Of a stretch of DNA of 64,000 bases, positions 52,943 to 64,000 are shown piece after piece. Positions within the stretch are counted from its first letter, which is position 1. Every line of letters starts with the position of its first letter. The notes beneath the pieces were generated by a model, which was given only the letters and a program-made list of their open reading frames with translations, searched no databases and had not been told where the DNA came from. A program made the position numbers and the translations under genes. The stretch lies in contig OZ024742.1 of assembly GCA_964016885.1 (NCBI GenBank), forward strand, positions 210,490,001 to 210,554,000, in the 5' to 3' direction. Origin of the DNA: Eledone cirrhosa (taxonomy: Eukaryota).

Positions 52943-55900
52943 TGATAATAATGAAAATATTATGTACAGTGCTCAGGTGCACTACAACTCATCAAAAGTG
53001 TATGTATAGTACATAGGGTAATGTACAAACGTCAGGAAAATGAACAGTGCATGAGTCATGATATACACGTGTGCATGTGTATGGAAGGGGGACATCAGGT
53101 GTAGTTTTGGCGAATTTCAGGAAACATGAGGGTTTTAAAGGATGCAGTGTCTTGGCAGCTAACAGCTGACGCAGGCAGTTTGTTCCATGCTTCAGCAACT
53201 CTAAGCGTGAAAAAATGTTTCCGAAAGTCATGAGAGCTGTGCTGTTTTCTGACTTTGTAAGCATGTCCACGTGTGTGAGACACATGGAGATCAAAAAGGT
53301 GTTCAGGGTTGTTGTTGGCGAGATGGTTAATAACTTTGTGGGTGTTTACCAAGTCCATTGCCAGACATTGGAGCTTCAATGAATCCATGCCCAGGGAAGC
53401 AAGGCTTTCAGAGTATGGTAGGTGTCTGATGGAGGGTATGCGCTTGGTTGCATGTCTCTGAACAGTTTCCAGGAGGTCAATGTTCTGAGCAAGATAGGGA
53501 TTCCAGACTGATGATGCGAATTCCAAGTGTGGTCGAACCATAGCTGTATACAGCTTTAAATAGATGGCTGGAGAGCGGCTAACAAAGGTCTTGCTGAGTG
53601 ATGCCAAGACACCCTCGGCCTTCTTGACAATTTTAGAGATGTGCTTTGCCTAACGTAAATCGCTGCTGACAGTAATGCCCAGGTCACGTTCACAAGAGGA
53701 CTTCTTGATATCAGTGTTGTGGAGGGAGTATGTGGACGCTGGATTTTTCCTCCAAAAATGCACAGTGGTACACTTGTCCACAGCCAGCTTCAGTTGCCAG
53801 TCTGTGATCCATTGCTACATTGTGTCCAGGTCTGATTGTAGGAAAGAGTTATAGGTTTCAGGATCTGTCCTTTTGATTTCAAGGTACACCTTGATGTCAT
53901 CTGCATATTTCAGTACCGTGGCATTCTTTAAGTTGGCATCTATGTCATTAATGTATGTAACAAACAAAAGGGGACCAAGAACAGATCCCTGTGGTACACC
54001 AGATGACATCTCATATGGTGAAGAATGCTGTCCTAGAATTGTGACTACTTCTTTTCGACTGAGAATGAAGGACTTCAACCAGTTAAAAAGATCATCCTTC
54101 ACACCCATTGCAGAGAGTTTCGCCATAAGTCTTTTGTGTGGGACAGAATTAAAAGCCTTAGCGAAGTCAAGGTAAACGACATCCACCCATGAGCTGCTGT
54201 CAGTGATCCGGGTAATGTCTTCAAGGAACTTGATAAGCTGATCACAGCAGCTGCAGTTACGTATAAATCCAAATTGCGAGGGCTGGATGAGGCTGTGAGA
54301 GCGCCAGAAGTTCCAAAGTGTTTCTCTGACACAGGATTCCATCAATTTGGCAATACATCTAGTAAGACTGACTGGACGATAGTTGACAGGTGTCGTGCGG
54401 TCGCCCTTTTTGAACAGGGGAATGACACTGGCAGTTTTCCACTGCTCCGGAGTAACACCATTGTTGAGACAGTATTGAAAGAAGAAAGAAAGCTGGTGCA
54501 AAAGGAAGTACCCACCACATTTGAGAAGCAGGTATGTAACACCATCAAGACCAGGGGAGGTATAGTTGCGCTTATTCTTAAGGCGACGTCGCAGCATTGC
54601 AGGTGTAAATTCTATAGTTGTTATGGAATTTGATGTTAGAGATGGTGGAGATGGTACATTCTGGTTTTCAACAGTAAAAATGCTTGCATAGCACTCAGCA
54701 ATGAGTTCTGCGCATTCTTTGGGATCTGGCTTGTGTGGGGATTGCGAAGAGGACCAACTGGAGAGTGAGGTCTCTGCTTTGAATGTACATATTTCCAGAA
54801 CACCTTACTGTCAGGATTGGTTGCTATGCACTGTTCAAATTCAAGCACTGCCTTTTTTGTCACTTGCTTGAGATTGTTGGAAGATTTATTCTGCTTTTTT
54901 CTGTTGGCATCTGATTTATGCAGTTTATATTCCCGTTCAGCGTTCCGACGTTCTTTTCTGGCAAGTCGGACCGCTGAAGTTTCCCAAATTGCACTTTTGG
55001 GGTGGGTTTTTTTCTGCTTACGTGGCACTGATGCTGCACACGCTATTCATATCGAGTCCAGGATGCTCTGGAGTATAGTGTTCACATCTCCAGAGTTATA
55101 GAACTCATGCCAGTTTGGGTGCTGTAGCTCAGTGCAGTACAAGTTCCAATCTGCTTTCTTCCAATCAAAGCAAGCAGATTGGAGATGGTTCTGGTTTTTG
55201 TTGCTGTCCACAAGAGCCAGATTGGCAATGAGCATAGAGCATAGCCTGATCAGAGTCGCCTAGAGGTTCCTCAGTAGTACAACTGATAACCACTTCAGGA
55301 GTAGTGGTGATGAACAAGTCCAAAGTGTTGTCACCTCTTGTTGGAGAGGTGACTACTTGGGACCAGTTTGAGTCCAGCACTAGCTCAAGGAAATTGTTTG
55401 CACCTTGTAGGCCAACGAAAGGTTTCCCAATCGATCTTAGGATGATTGAAGTCACCTGCAATAAACACATAAGTGGCTGTTTTCCTGGCAGCAACTCTGA
55501 GGATATCGCAAAGCTGTGTGTCCTGATAGTAGTTGGGGGGGGGGGGGGCGATAAACAACGCCAAGCAGAAGTGTTGACATGGTCATACGTATGTCACAGA
55601 AAAAAAACTTCTTGTAATTCATTCAAATCAACGCAAGGAATTACCAAAAAGTTTGAATGAACGTAGACCATCACGGCGATTAATGTGGTCCTTGCGGAAC
55701 AGGTTGTACCCAGTAATGCTAAAAACCCCATCACAGAGTAAGGAATGTGCCCATGTTTCCGTGACTGTGATGAAGTCAGGGTCGATGCTTCTGACGTAGG
55801 AGTTAAGTATCTTGTTGCATAAACTGCAAGCATTTAAGGACAGCAATTTGTACCCTGCTTGCAGTTTATGATGGTGTGTAGAGGATGGCAGGTTGTTCTG

Positions 55901-56800
55901 GTTTAGTTTCCCAGAGTTGTTGCAGTTTTTTCATTGCCAGTTATTGTGGGTAGAGCGCACTCAGACCAGCTGGTATCTCTCTTCCACGTTTCACCAGCCT
56001 TAACAAACCTCCAGATCTGCCCATCGTCACGCAGACTAAAATTTTCATGTTGTGCTGAGTTCCGATTCAAGGAAGCTGCAGCACGTAGCTTTGGACGTAC
56101 ATCAGGTGGTAGGCCTGGGCGTGTTCGGAAGGTAATCTGATTTTCATGCCCAGCTTTAACAGAGGCCAGATGATATGAAATTGCTTCAGCGGGGTCCGAA
56201 AAAAACAGCCTGATGAGTCTGGATTTTGGACCAGGTTGACCAAGGCAGAGAGCACCCTTTGGGGGAACACAGCCTAGGTCTTTGGTTGAGCTGGCAGCAA
56301 ATGCCTGAAGATCAGCCTTGTCTTCTGGTACCCCAATGGCAAATACTTCGTGGGTAGCAGATTCCGCGGTCTTCTCAGTGTGGCCAGATACGGCAAGAGG
56401 TACAGGGAGATTCTTTAGCAAGGCATTCTGATAAGACCCCTCATTGTGGGGTCCTACCCGAATGCTTGCTTTTATTCTTGTTACTTCCCTTCTTAAAGCA
56501 GAAATCATCTATTGCAATTCTGCAAAATCTGTACTCGTCGGTTGTTGTTGTTGCCGTTGCTGCTGATGTTCCTCCAGGGGAATGTTAGGGGAAGACACAA
56601 TCGTCGGTTGTTGGTGTCGAGATGTACTGGGAGCGGAAGACATGGGTTGTTGTTGTTTCTGATGTTCGCCAGTGTCATAGGTTTTTCCCATTGTTCAGTA
56701 ACAATGGTAGAGGAGGATACAGTCATTGTTTTTTGTTGTTGTTTTTCAATAACATTGGTGGAGAAATTTAAATAAAAGGCGAATTGTTAAATTTTATTCC
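52943..56800 (-). mobile_element. Near full-length CR1-clade LINE (ORF1 plus APE-RT ORF2), disrupted
   Basis: ORF1 fragments 56691-55903 (Gln-rich N-terminus). APE endonuclease motifs (SLNACSL, VTETW, PTRGDNTLDL, GDSDQ). RT motifs (YRPVSL, YLDFAKAFNSV, QGSVLGP, YADD). The 5' boundary is approximate. Confidence 0.9.
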
Positions 56801-57049
56801 TTTTTGAGAAACTTATGGAAGAAGTGTGATAGGGAAATCGTTTATTTTTGTATATTTTAACAAAAAGTAACTCCGAACGTTTATATTTTATAAACAACAC
56901 TGTTTGGCAAGAAACATGCAACTTTGTTCTTACTTCGAAGTATCAACAGTTTGGAATCCACATGATTCACAAGTTTTGGTTAATAATTTATAACAATAAA
57001 ATGTATATATTTCAATTATAAAAAACCTTGTAGAAAACTCCTGGTAAAC

Positions 57050-60000
57050 TTATAGAACATCCCATTCTATTTCAATGGGGAAAAAGTTTCTCTTCGATTT
57101 TTTTTTCGTGTGCTATCAACTAATCTAACCTCCAAGATGCTGGCACCTTCCTGGTGTTTTCTCTACAATTTTTTATATTTTTTAAATATTATTAAATCTA
57201 GTTGAAAACAACTAGACTTGTAGTAGTAAAAAAAAAAAAAAAAAAAAAAAAAGGGTGTGTGTATGAAAAGAATACTGGAGTTTCGCAGTAATCTTTTCAT
57301 ACACCTCTCTTGCTTGGTGGGAAATAATTATCTGGTGGTGAATTGCCCACCCCCATCTTTCCTCTTCTTTTTTCTTTTTTATCATTTTTGTTCAATGAAT
57401 TTATATTATTGTGTTAGACATTTGTATAACAAGTTGTTTATTCACAGTTGTATAAAAAGAAATATAATAATTGTTTCTACTTTTGGCACAAGGCCAGCAA
57501 TTATCCCAGTGTATTACTAGTACTTTATTTTATCGACCCCGTAAGGATGAAAGTAAAGTTAACCTCGGCGGGATTTGAACTCAGAATGGCAAGGGCCGTA
57601 ACTCTATGCGTCAAAGCATGGCATCCGACCCTCTACCAATACTGCCAATCCAGTACCCTCCAGTTGTATAAAAAGAAATATAATTGTTTCTACTTTTGGC
57701 ACAAGGCCAGCAATTACCCAGTACATTACTGGTACTTTACTTTATCGACCCCCGTAAGAAATATAATACAATGCTTACAGAACAAAAACAAACAAATTAC
57801 ATGTGTATATCAAAATTGTGTATAAAGACACAAAAATATAAAATCATGAACAAAAATGATAAAGGAAAGAAAGAAGGAAAAATGGGGGGGGGGGGGGGGG
57901 GGGGGCGAATTCACCACTAAGTGCGACAATCGGCAAGACCTCACACCTTGGGGGTCAACTGTACACTTTCAGGCAACCCAACACGCTCGCAACATTACCA
58001 TGAGTGATGGCGTGGCTAAGGCGCTGAAATAACCAGGCACCCTCGCCGGCATCACCTGACACCTCAGTAAGGCAAGCTGCTAGTGATGACAAGAACTTCG
58101 CTGTCAGCGGCCCAACTCCACCGAACGTCACAGGCTGGAAAAAAATAATTGTTTGATAAGTCCTGGTATTTCCGAATTTTATTTCATTCGGCAGAGGAAG
58201 CAGTGACCCCCCCACATTCACCGTGGCGTCCATCATGTGGGTGGGGGCAAAAGAGTCACTGACTGTGACGTCCCAGATGAGACATCAACCTCTCACCCAG
58301 GGACAAAGGGTAAGACTGTCTGGTCTCTTCCCATTACTTCTAGAGAAACCAGTTGGCTCCAGAACTGTGGGGATATTAACCCGAGCTAGGGCCCGTTTGA
58401 TGATCAGGATTAACGAGGTGTGACGGGCAAAACGACCAGCATTCAGGCGGCTGGACAAACCATGTAAACTTGTGGAGTCGAGGGATCTACCACAGCGGCA
58501 TCTCAGACCCCAACAGACGTCGGCTCCCACACGAAGTGTATTGGAGATACGGAGTTCGTCCTGACTGAGAAGGCCACCAATATTGGCCACAGGCAGGGCA
58601 TCAATCCAGTCCCCCGAGAACTCTGCACTAGCAGAAAGTAAGCAGCACCTAGAAAATTGATCAGAAAGATCAAAGAGTTGAAAGTTTCTCTGGAGCGCAG
58701 ATTGTCCCATACTCTCTGCGTCCGTCTATCCTCATCAGTAACTGGGACTGACAAACCCAGCTCTCCCACTGTAGTAAAACTTCATCCAACTCCCTGGTGG
58801 AACTAGTCTAAGTTTGGAAGGAGAGAATGTCACCTACCAAAGTGGAGCAGGCGTGAATGGAGCAAAGAAAGCAAGGTAGGGACAATAAAGTACACTTACG
58901 CAAACCGAGACCCCCAAACCATTTGGGTAAAGCAACTTTGTCGCGGGACTCTGGAGAGAGTTGGACATCGACCAAACCCTCTAGCTCACTGAATAGTAGG
59001 TGGTCGAAGCATTGGAAAAACGATGAGAATTTGTAAGAGGGACTAACTCTAAGGAAATACAACAACTTAGGTTTTTTCCTTCTCTGGAATTATCTGTCAA
59101 TCCCTTAGTGAGGCTCAATGACATCGAGGTTTTTTAAAAGTTGCTTGAGGTTAGCCAACTTAGATTGAAAGATGGTCTGGAAGGCTTGGTCAGTAACTGG
59201 TGCTCCAAGGGAGCACAGATGGAGGGGGAAAGACTTGTGAACTTCTCAACAGTCTCTTGATGTGAGCTTGCATTTGGAGCTGTTGACATGAAGGCCCCTA
59301 CGGCCCAACTCCTCGATCATCGTCTTCGCAGTTGCAAGCAAGCATCATCCAGATATCAGACATTCAGATCCAGGACAGCTCCCAACTTGGTGACGTCATC
59401 AATGCCTAGAAAAGTACAGGTCTGAGCGGGCCACCCTGTTGCACCCCTGTAATAGATAGGAGATGGTCACCGAAGGTGAGGTAGGAGGGCTGCTGGTCAG
59501 CTTGCCAAGCAAAGTGGTAAAGCTGCAGCCCCCCTTCCTTAACTGAATAGAGGATGATATCCCAACTGATGGAATTAAAAGTATTCCTAAGATCCACCTT
59601 GGAGGCTTCGGAAGGCAAATTGGTAAATGCTCTGGTGACGTGAGCAGCAGCCTCACAATCCTGCTTTGTACCCACCTCTAGCTGAATAGGGGAAAATTCG
59701 GCGGACAGGCTGTCTGAAATCGAATACAGACACACCTTCGCAGTGAACCGTCTCCGGCCGACAGGGATACACAATCCTTGAGGTGCTGAGGGCGAAAACC
59801 ATCAATCCCTGCCGGAAAGGATATTATCGCCTTCCTGACGATAGCTGGGGTGAAACCAGGTTGCAAATGATTTGGTGGATCGGGCCAGTGTAAGTGGTCA
59901 TCCGGAGGCGCCAGAGGATGCTTCGCTCTCAGTCGGTGGAGTGATTCTGTAGTGCACTGAGTGAGGGATGACCTTTAAGTTCGGCGATTGACCATTGGTT

Positions 60001-61757
60001 GGAAGTGAGTTGATCGCTGACCTGAGATGTGAAGTAATTGGGGTTGAATCAAACAACTTAAACCTCTGTTCTAGGGAGAATGGGAAGGATCTGGATTTCA
60101 TGTTGGACACATGGAGAGAGACTAAGGGGAACAAGAATAGTTTCTGCCAATCCGAGATGTCATTGGATAGGCAGACGTTCTTCAGTAGCTTGGAGAGAGC
60201 ACGGTCGAAACTGGACCGTGCTCCTTTTGGTATCCTGTTGATGAGTTTCAACTTAAACACGTCCCGAAGGGCAGAGGCAAGGTCCTCAAGAGAGATCTGA
60301 ACGTCAGAGTTAGGTTCAGACCTGCAAAGTGAATCAGAGCTGAAGTAACATTGGTTACACATCCAGTTTGCGAAACTTTCAGCTTGAACCTTAGTAATGC
60401 CAACACAGCTCCTGTAGTAGTTTTGGCGGCAGGAGTGACATGCGATTGTCTTTAGGTAATGACTGGTTCGGGAGCAGAGAATGCACTTTGGTGGTGAATT
60501 GGCAACATCTGAGGAGTCGACATTAGAATTAGGATTCAGATGCAAGTTAACTCACTTGGAATGAGGCGGGGGTGTTGGGGAACGGGGGTGGGGGTGAAAG
60601 CTGATAGGCTGTGACGAAATCCTATAACCATGCGGGTCTCTTGGTCACTTGGCGCATGGCCATAAAATTTAAATTTAAATTTAAATGAATGTCGTGTGTG
60701 TTTAAATATATAAAACAGTAAAATTCAATAACTGCAAAAACAGTAAAAATAGAATTGGACATTAAAACGTTGAAGAGAGGAAGTTGAAAGCTGGAAGAGG
60801 AATTTTGGGATGTACCAAATGAAAAAAGGTTGAGATGGATGTTGTGTGCGTGTAAACATTTAAAACAGTAAGTTCGGTAAATATCTAAAGTGTAAAAATG
60901 GAGCCGAGAGATGTTAACGAATAGAGGAGAGGAAGCTGAAATTGAAGAAAGAATTTTGAGGTGAATCAGAAACAGTGGAGGAGGAATAAATATAATGCAT
61001 TCGCGAAACCCGTGTTACGTGTGATTGCGAATAAAATGTCGAACTGAAACTTCAATCACCCAATCCTGATAAATGTTTCATTTCGGAACTCACTCCCGTT
61101 TAGTTCCGGATTGACATTGAACTGGGGCTTAAAGCAACGTCTTTCTGAACATTATATAAGGCATTATATTTATCCTTCTGAACGAATTGCGAGCAATTTA
61201 TAATGTTATTTACGCATTTGTTGTTATTTATGTATATATTTAAAACATATTTGCAACGTTTCTCTACTGTAAATTTATACAATTGTAATGAAATATCGTT
61301 GCCTCATTATCTTGTTTTTTTTTTAAACCTCTTAGATGCTTGCAATCGACTTTTTTTTCTTGGAAAACGGAAATCCTAAACCCAAACCTAACCTCGATTC
61401 TGGGGGAAAAAATTATATTGCAAGATAAGAGCTTCTAAGAGGTACAGAAAAAAATCGCGGAAAAAAATTATTTTCCACCAAACGTGAGAGGTATGTCGAT
61501 CAGCGAAACTACGATGGTCTCCCCCCCCCCTCCTTCAAATCTAGTCGTTTTCAACTGGTTTGGCTATTCTATTCGTTGATAACACGCAAAATAAAAAAAA
61601 GAAACCGCAGGGAAAACTCCGACGAGGGGGGGGGGGGATACAACATCTCCTCCATTCTCCGGGCAAAAAAGTTGATTGCTAGCATCTTGGAGGTTAGATT
61701 AGTTGATAGCACACGAAAAAATGTTTTCCCACTGAAATCGAGTAGGGTGTTCTATAA
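57050..61757. mobile_element. Putative TIR DNA element (unassigned) enclosing a CRE element and SINEs
   Basis: 41-nt perfect inverted match 57101-57141 vs 61681-61721. Termini TTATAGAACA.CC on both ends. Further inverted match 57198-57216 vs 61540-61558. Confidence 0.65.
57760..60660 (-). mobile_element. Second, divergent CRE-clade element with N-terminal PHD-like finger
   Basis: CILC...CHSCRQNYYRSCVGI...WMCNQC. RIPKGAR, GVQQGGPL, FGGLG, CRCG...RH, RPDSLTLCPW, LFQRLS. Confidence 0.82.
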
Positions 61758-62334
61758 TAATACCAAAATCCCTAAAGATAAAAAATAAAATGTTTTATTA
61801 AGTATGTTGAAAAACGACATTGAAACCTGTTCTCAAAACACAAAAGTCCTACCTTGTTGAAAGGCATTGTCTCACTTGTGGTATATCAATTTAAGAAGTA
61901 GAAAGTTCTCGAAGAACGAGAAAAAAATATGAAGCGCAGTAAGATTGAATTTGGGGATATAACGTTGGATTGGAGATATAACGCCCAGAAAATAAATTCT
62001 CTGTTCGAAAAACTCCAAATTTCCGAAATGCTAAAGTCCCCTACTGTCTTCGAGTCGGTGGAGTTCGTTACATTGAAAGTTATCTCAAAATAACCAACGT
62101 CATGATGACCTCATAAACTAGTGTACGTTTCAGATAGTGTGCAGTTGTTAACTAAAGAAAAAGACGTTACGATTTCTAGAAATTGCTTCCGTTTTACTTT
62201 TCATCACCGCCATCGCCACCGCCAACACACTTTTATTTTCGCTAGTTTTACACGGCAATTGGTTACCATGAATGTATTTATTTATGTATGTATGCTCATG
62301 GAAATAAATCAAATCTACATGCCATCACCATAAA

Positions 62335-63335
62335 TGAAACTTCAGGGTCAGTTCGTCTCGTGGCCCCGGCCGACTGGATGGAGAGGCCGGCGAGGGAGAT
62401 ACGCTGAAACAGCCACCCCTTCTCGTGAGACTCGCACTTGCGGATAGCCAACTCTGCTCTGGTAGCAAAGACCGCCGGAAGGCTCCACTGTCACAGGCTT
62501 AACCACACGCCTATCAGAGAGCGGCCGATACTTTAACAGTTTGCCCTCTTCGGTCTAGCGGACAACGAAGTCTGGGCTGGTAGCCGAACGCACCAGGCTG
62601 TTGCTAGAGCAGGTGTCACAACATGTAGCATCCGAAACGAGGGGATTACCCCAACAGAACGAGAAGATTGTCAGGCCATTAGGCCTTTTGCTGTCCCGCG
62701 ATCCAGCCTAGCTGGCTTGAGAAGCCTGTGCCATTTAGGCCATGCTTCCCTTGTTGAGAGTAGCATGACATGGGAGGCGGCCAACACTATAACGACGTGA
62801 TAATGGGTGGAGAACAAATTAATCCAGTGAGGTTGGGAGGCTGAGCGAAAACTTGCCAGACGATGCTGGTCGAGCTGGCGCACCAGCCTGTCTGAGGTTA
62901 TGTTGCACAGGATGGTGTCCCATTTGTTTTCGGGAAACTAGACGTCTACGAAGGGTATAGGGGTGGACAACCGCAGAGCGGAGGCCGAGCTAATTCCATG
63001 TCGCGTAGGCCGCCCCACGTTCCCTGATCACAGTAAGTTCAGTTGTGTTGTGGAGAACCCTGTTGAGGACACAGCAAGAGGTCACGAGCGAAAGAAAAGT
63101 CGGCAGGGCCAGTGAAACTGGAGACTGGAGACCGAAGCTGCCAAATCTGACGAGTAAGGTGGCCTATTGCCACCCGGTATCATCCCGTCGGATGCAGACG
63201 CCGAGATCTGAGGAGAGAAGCTTGGCTGTAGCAGGGGGCACTGCGAAAGGTGTATAGGATTTGCGGCATGACGAAGAAGTTCCTTAACAAAAAAAGTGCT
63301 AAGTTGGTGTCGATCAGGTACAGTATGCTCGTCAG
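62335..63335 (-). mobile_element. Degenerate CRE-clade 3' fragment related to the 33.4-36.4 kb family
   Basis: RQLDQHRLASFRSASQPH and DATC.DT..S motifs parallel the + strand copy. Confidence 0.75.
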
Positions 63336-63559
63336 TGTCTAGCTGGCCCTTACGTTCTGAGTTCAAATCCCGCCGAAGTTTGCTTTTCATCCTTACGGGG
63401 TCTATAAAATAAAGTACCAGTAATGTACTGAGATAATTGCTGGCCATGTGCCAAAAGTAGAAACAATTATTAATAAGAAATAGCAATAAATTTGTATAGA
63501 AATAAAAAGAAAGTAACAAAAAAAAAATGTGGCACACTCGATCATACGTCACAACAGAG

Positions 63560-63970
63560 GGCACTGGAACTTAACCTCTAAATAATTTTTAAGCAAGCCA
63601 AACACTCGCTGAATTGCTGTAGGTGATAGTTAAGCTAGGGCGTTGGAATAATCCGACACCCTCGCGGGCATCACCAAATACAGCGGCAAGTCAAGCCACC
63701 AAAAATGACAAGAACTTCGGTGTCAATGGCCCAACTAACCCGAACTTCTCGAACGCCACAAGCTGAAAAACTAGTTTACTAATATTTCCTGATCTTTTAG
63801 ATTATTCTGTTCGGCTACGGAATATCTTGGATGAGGGAAGAAGCTAAAGAGCTGGTAACAGTAGTGACCCAAATAAGTCATCTACTTTTTGACCAGGAGC
63901 AAAGACCATCTAGCATACCGTCTCGTCCCATCAACCCTGGATAATTCAGCTGGTTCTAGAATTGAGGGAA
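63560..63970 (-). mobile_element. Degenerate CRE-clade RLE fragment related to the 57.8-60.7 kb family
   Basis: Nucleotide similarity to 58040-58370 (tgacaagaacttcg, ggcccaact, gcatcacc). Confidence 0.6.
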
Positions 63971-64000
63971 GTTCTACTTGATAATAAGGTTCAGCTCAGT

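Noticed and set aside
61929-62093. 54-codon + strand ORF (MKRSKIEFG...)
   Set aside because: Short, no recognisable motif, no splice support.
16-63564. Most short ORFs in the six-frame track
   Set aside because: They are antisense or shifted frames of transposon coding regions, or chance ORFs in SINEs and low-complexity AT-rich sequence.

Overview
AT-rich, intron- and repeat-dense eukaryotic DNA. The SINE repertoire suggests an octopod cephalopod (inference). The + strand carries the 3' part of a PMS2 (MutL-alpha endonuclease subunit) gene as 15 in-phase exons from 500 to 36891, with DQHAxxExxxxE, QKLIRP, ACR and CPHGRP motifs. Tail-to-tail with it on the - strand is a spliced gene whose terminal exon (38393-37655) encodes a herpesviral-tegument-like (VTD / peptidase C76-like) deubiquitinase domain. 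The predicted catalytic Cys and His of this domain are both replaced, making it a candidate pseudo-deubiquitinase and the most unusual feature of the window. The rest is mobile DNA: a CsRn1-clade Gypsy element nested in a long-TIR DNA element, several CRE-clade (RLE) non-LTR retrotransposons (two with an N-terminal PHD finger), CR1 and RTE LINEs, a DD37D/maT transposon inside a piggyBac-like MITE, many tRNA-derived SINEs, and a Penelope-type minimal hammerhead-like motif. All alignments and counts were done by eye; no database searches were run.
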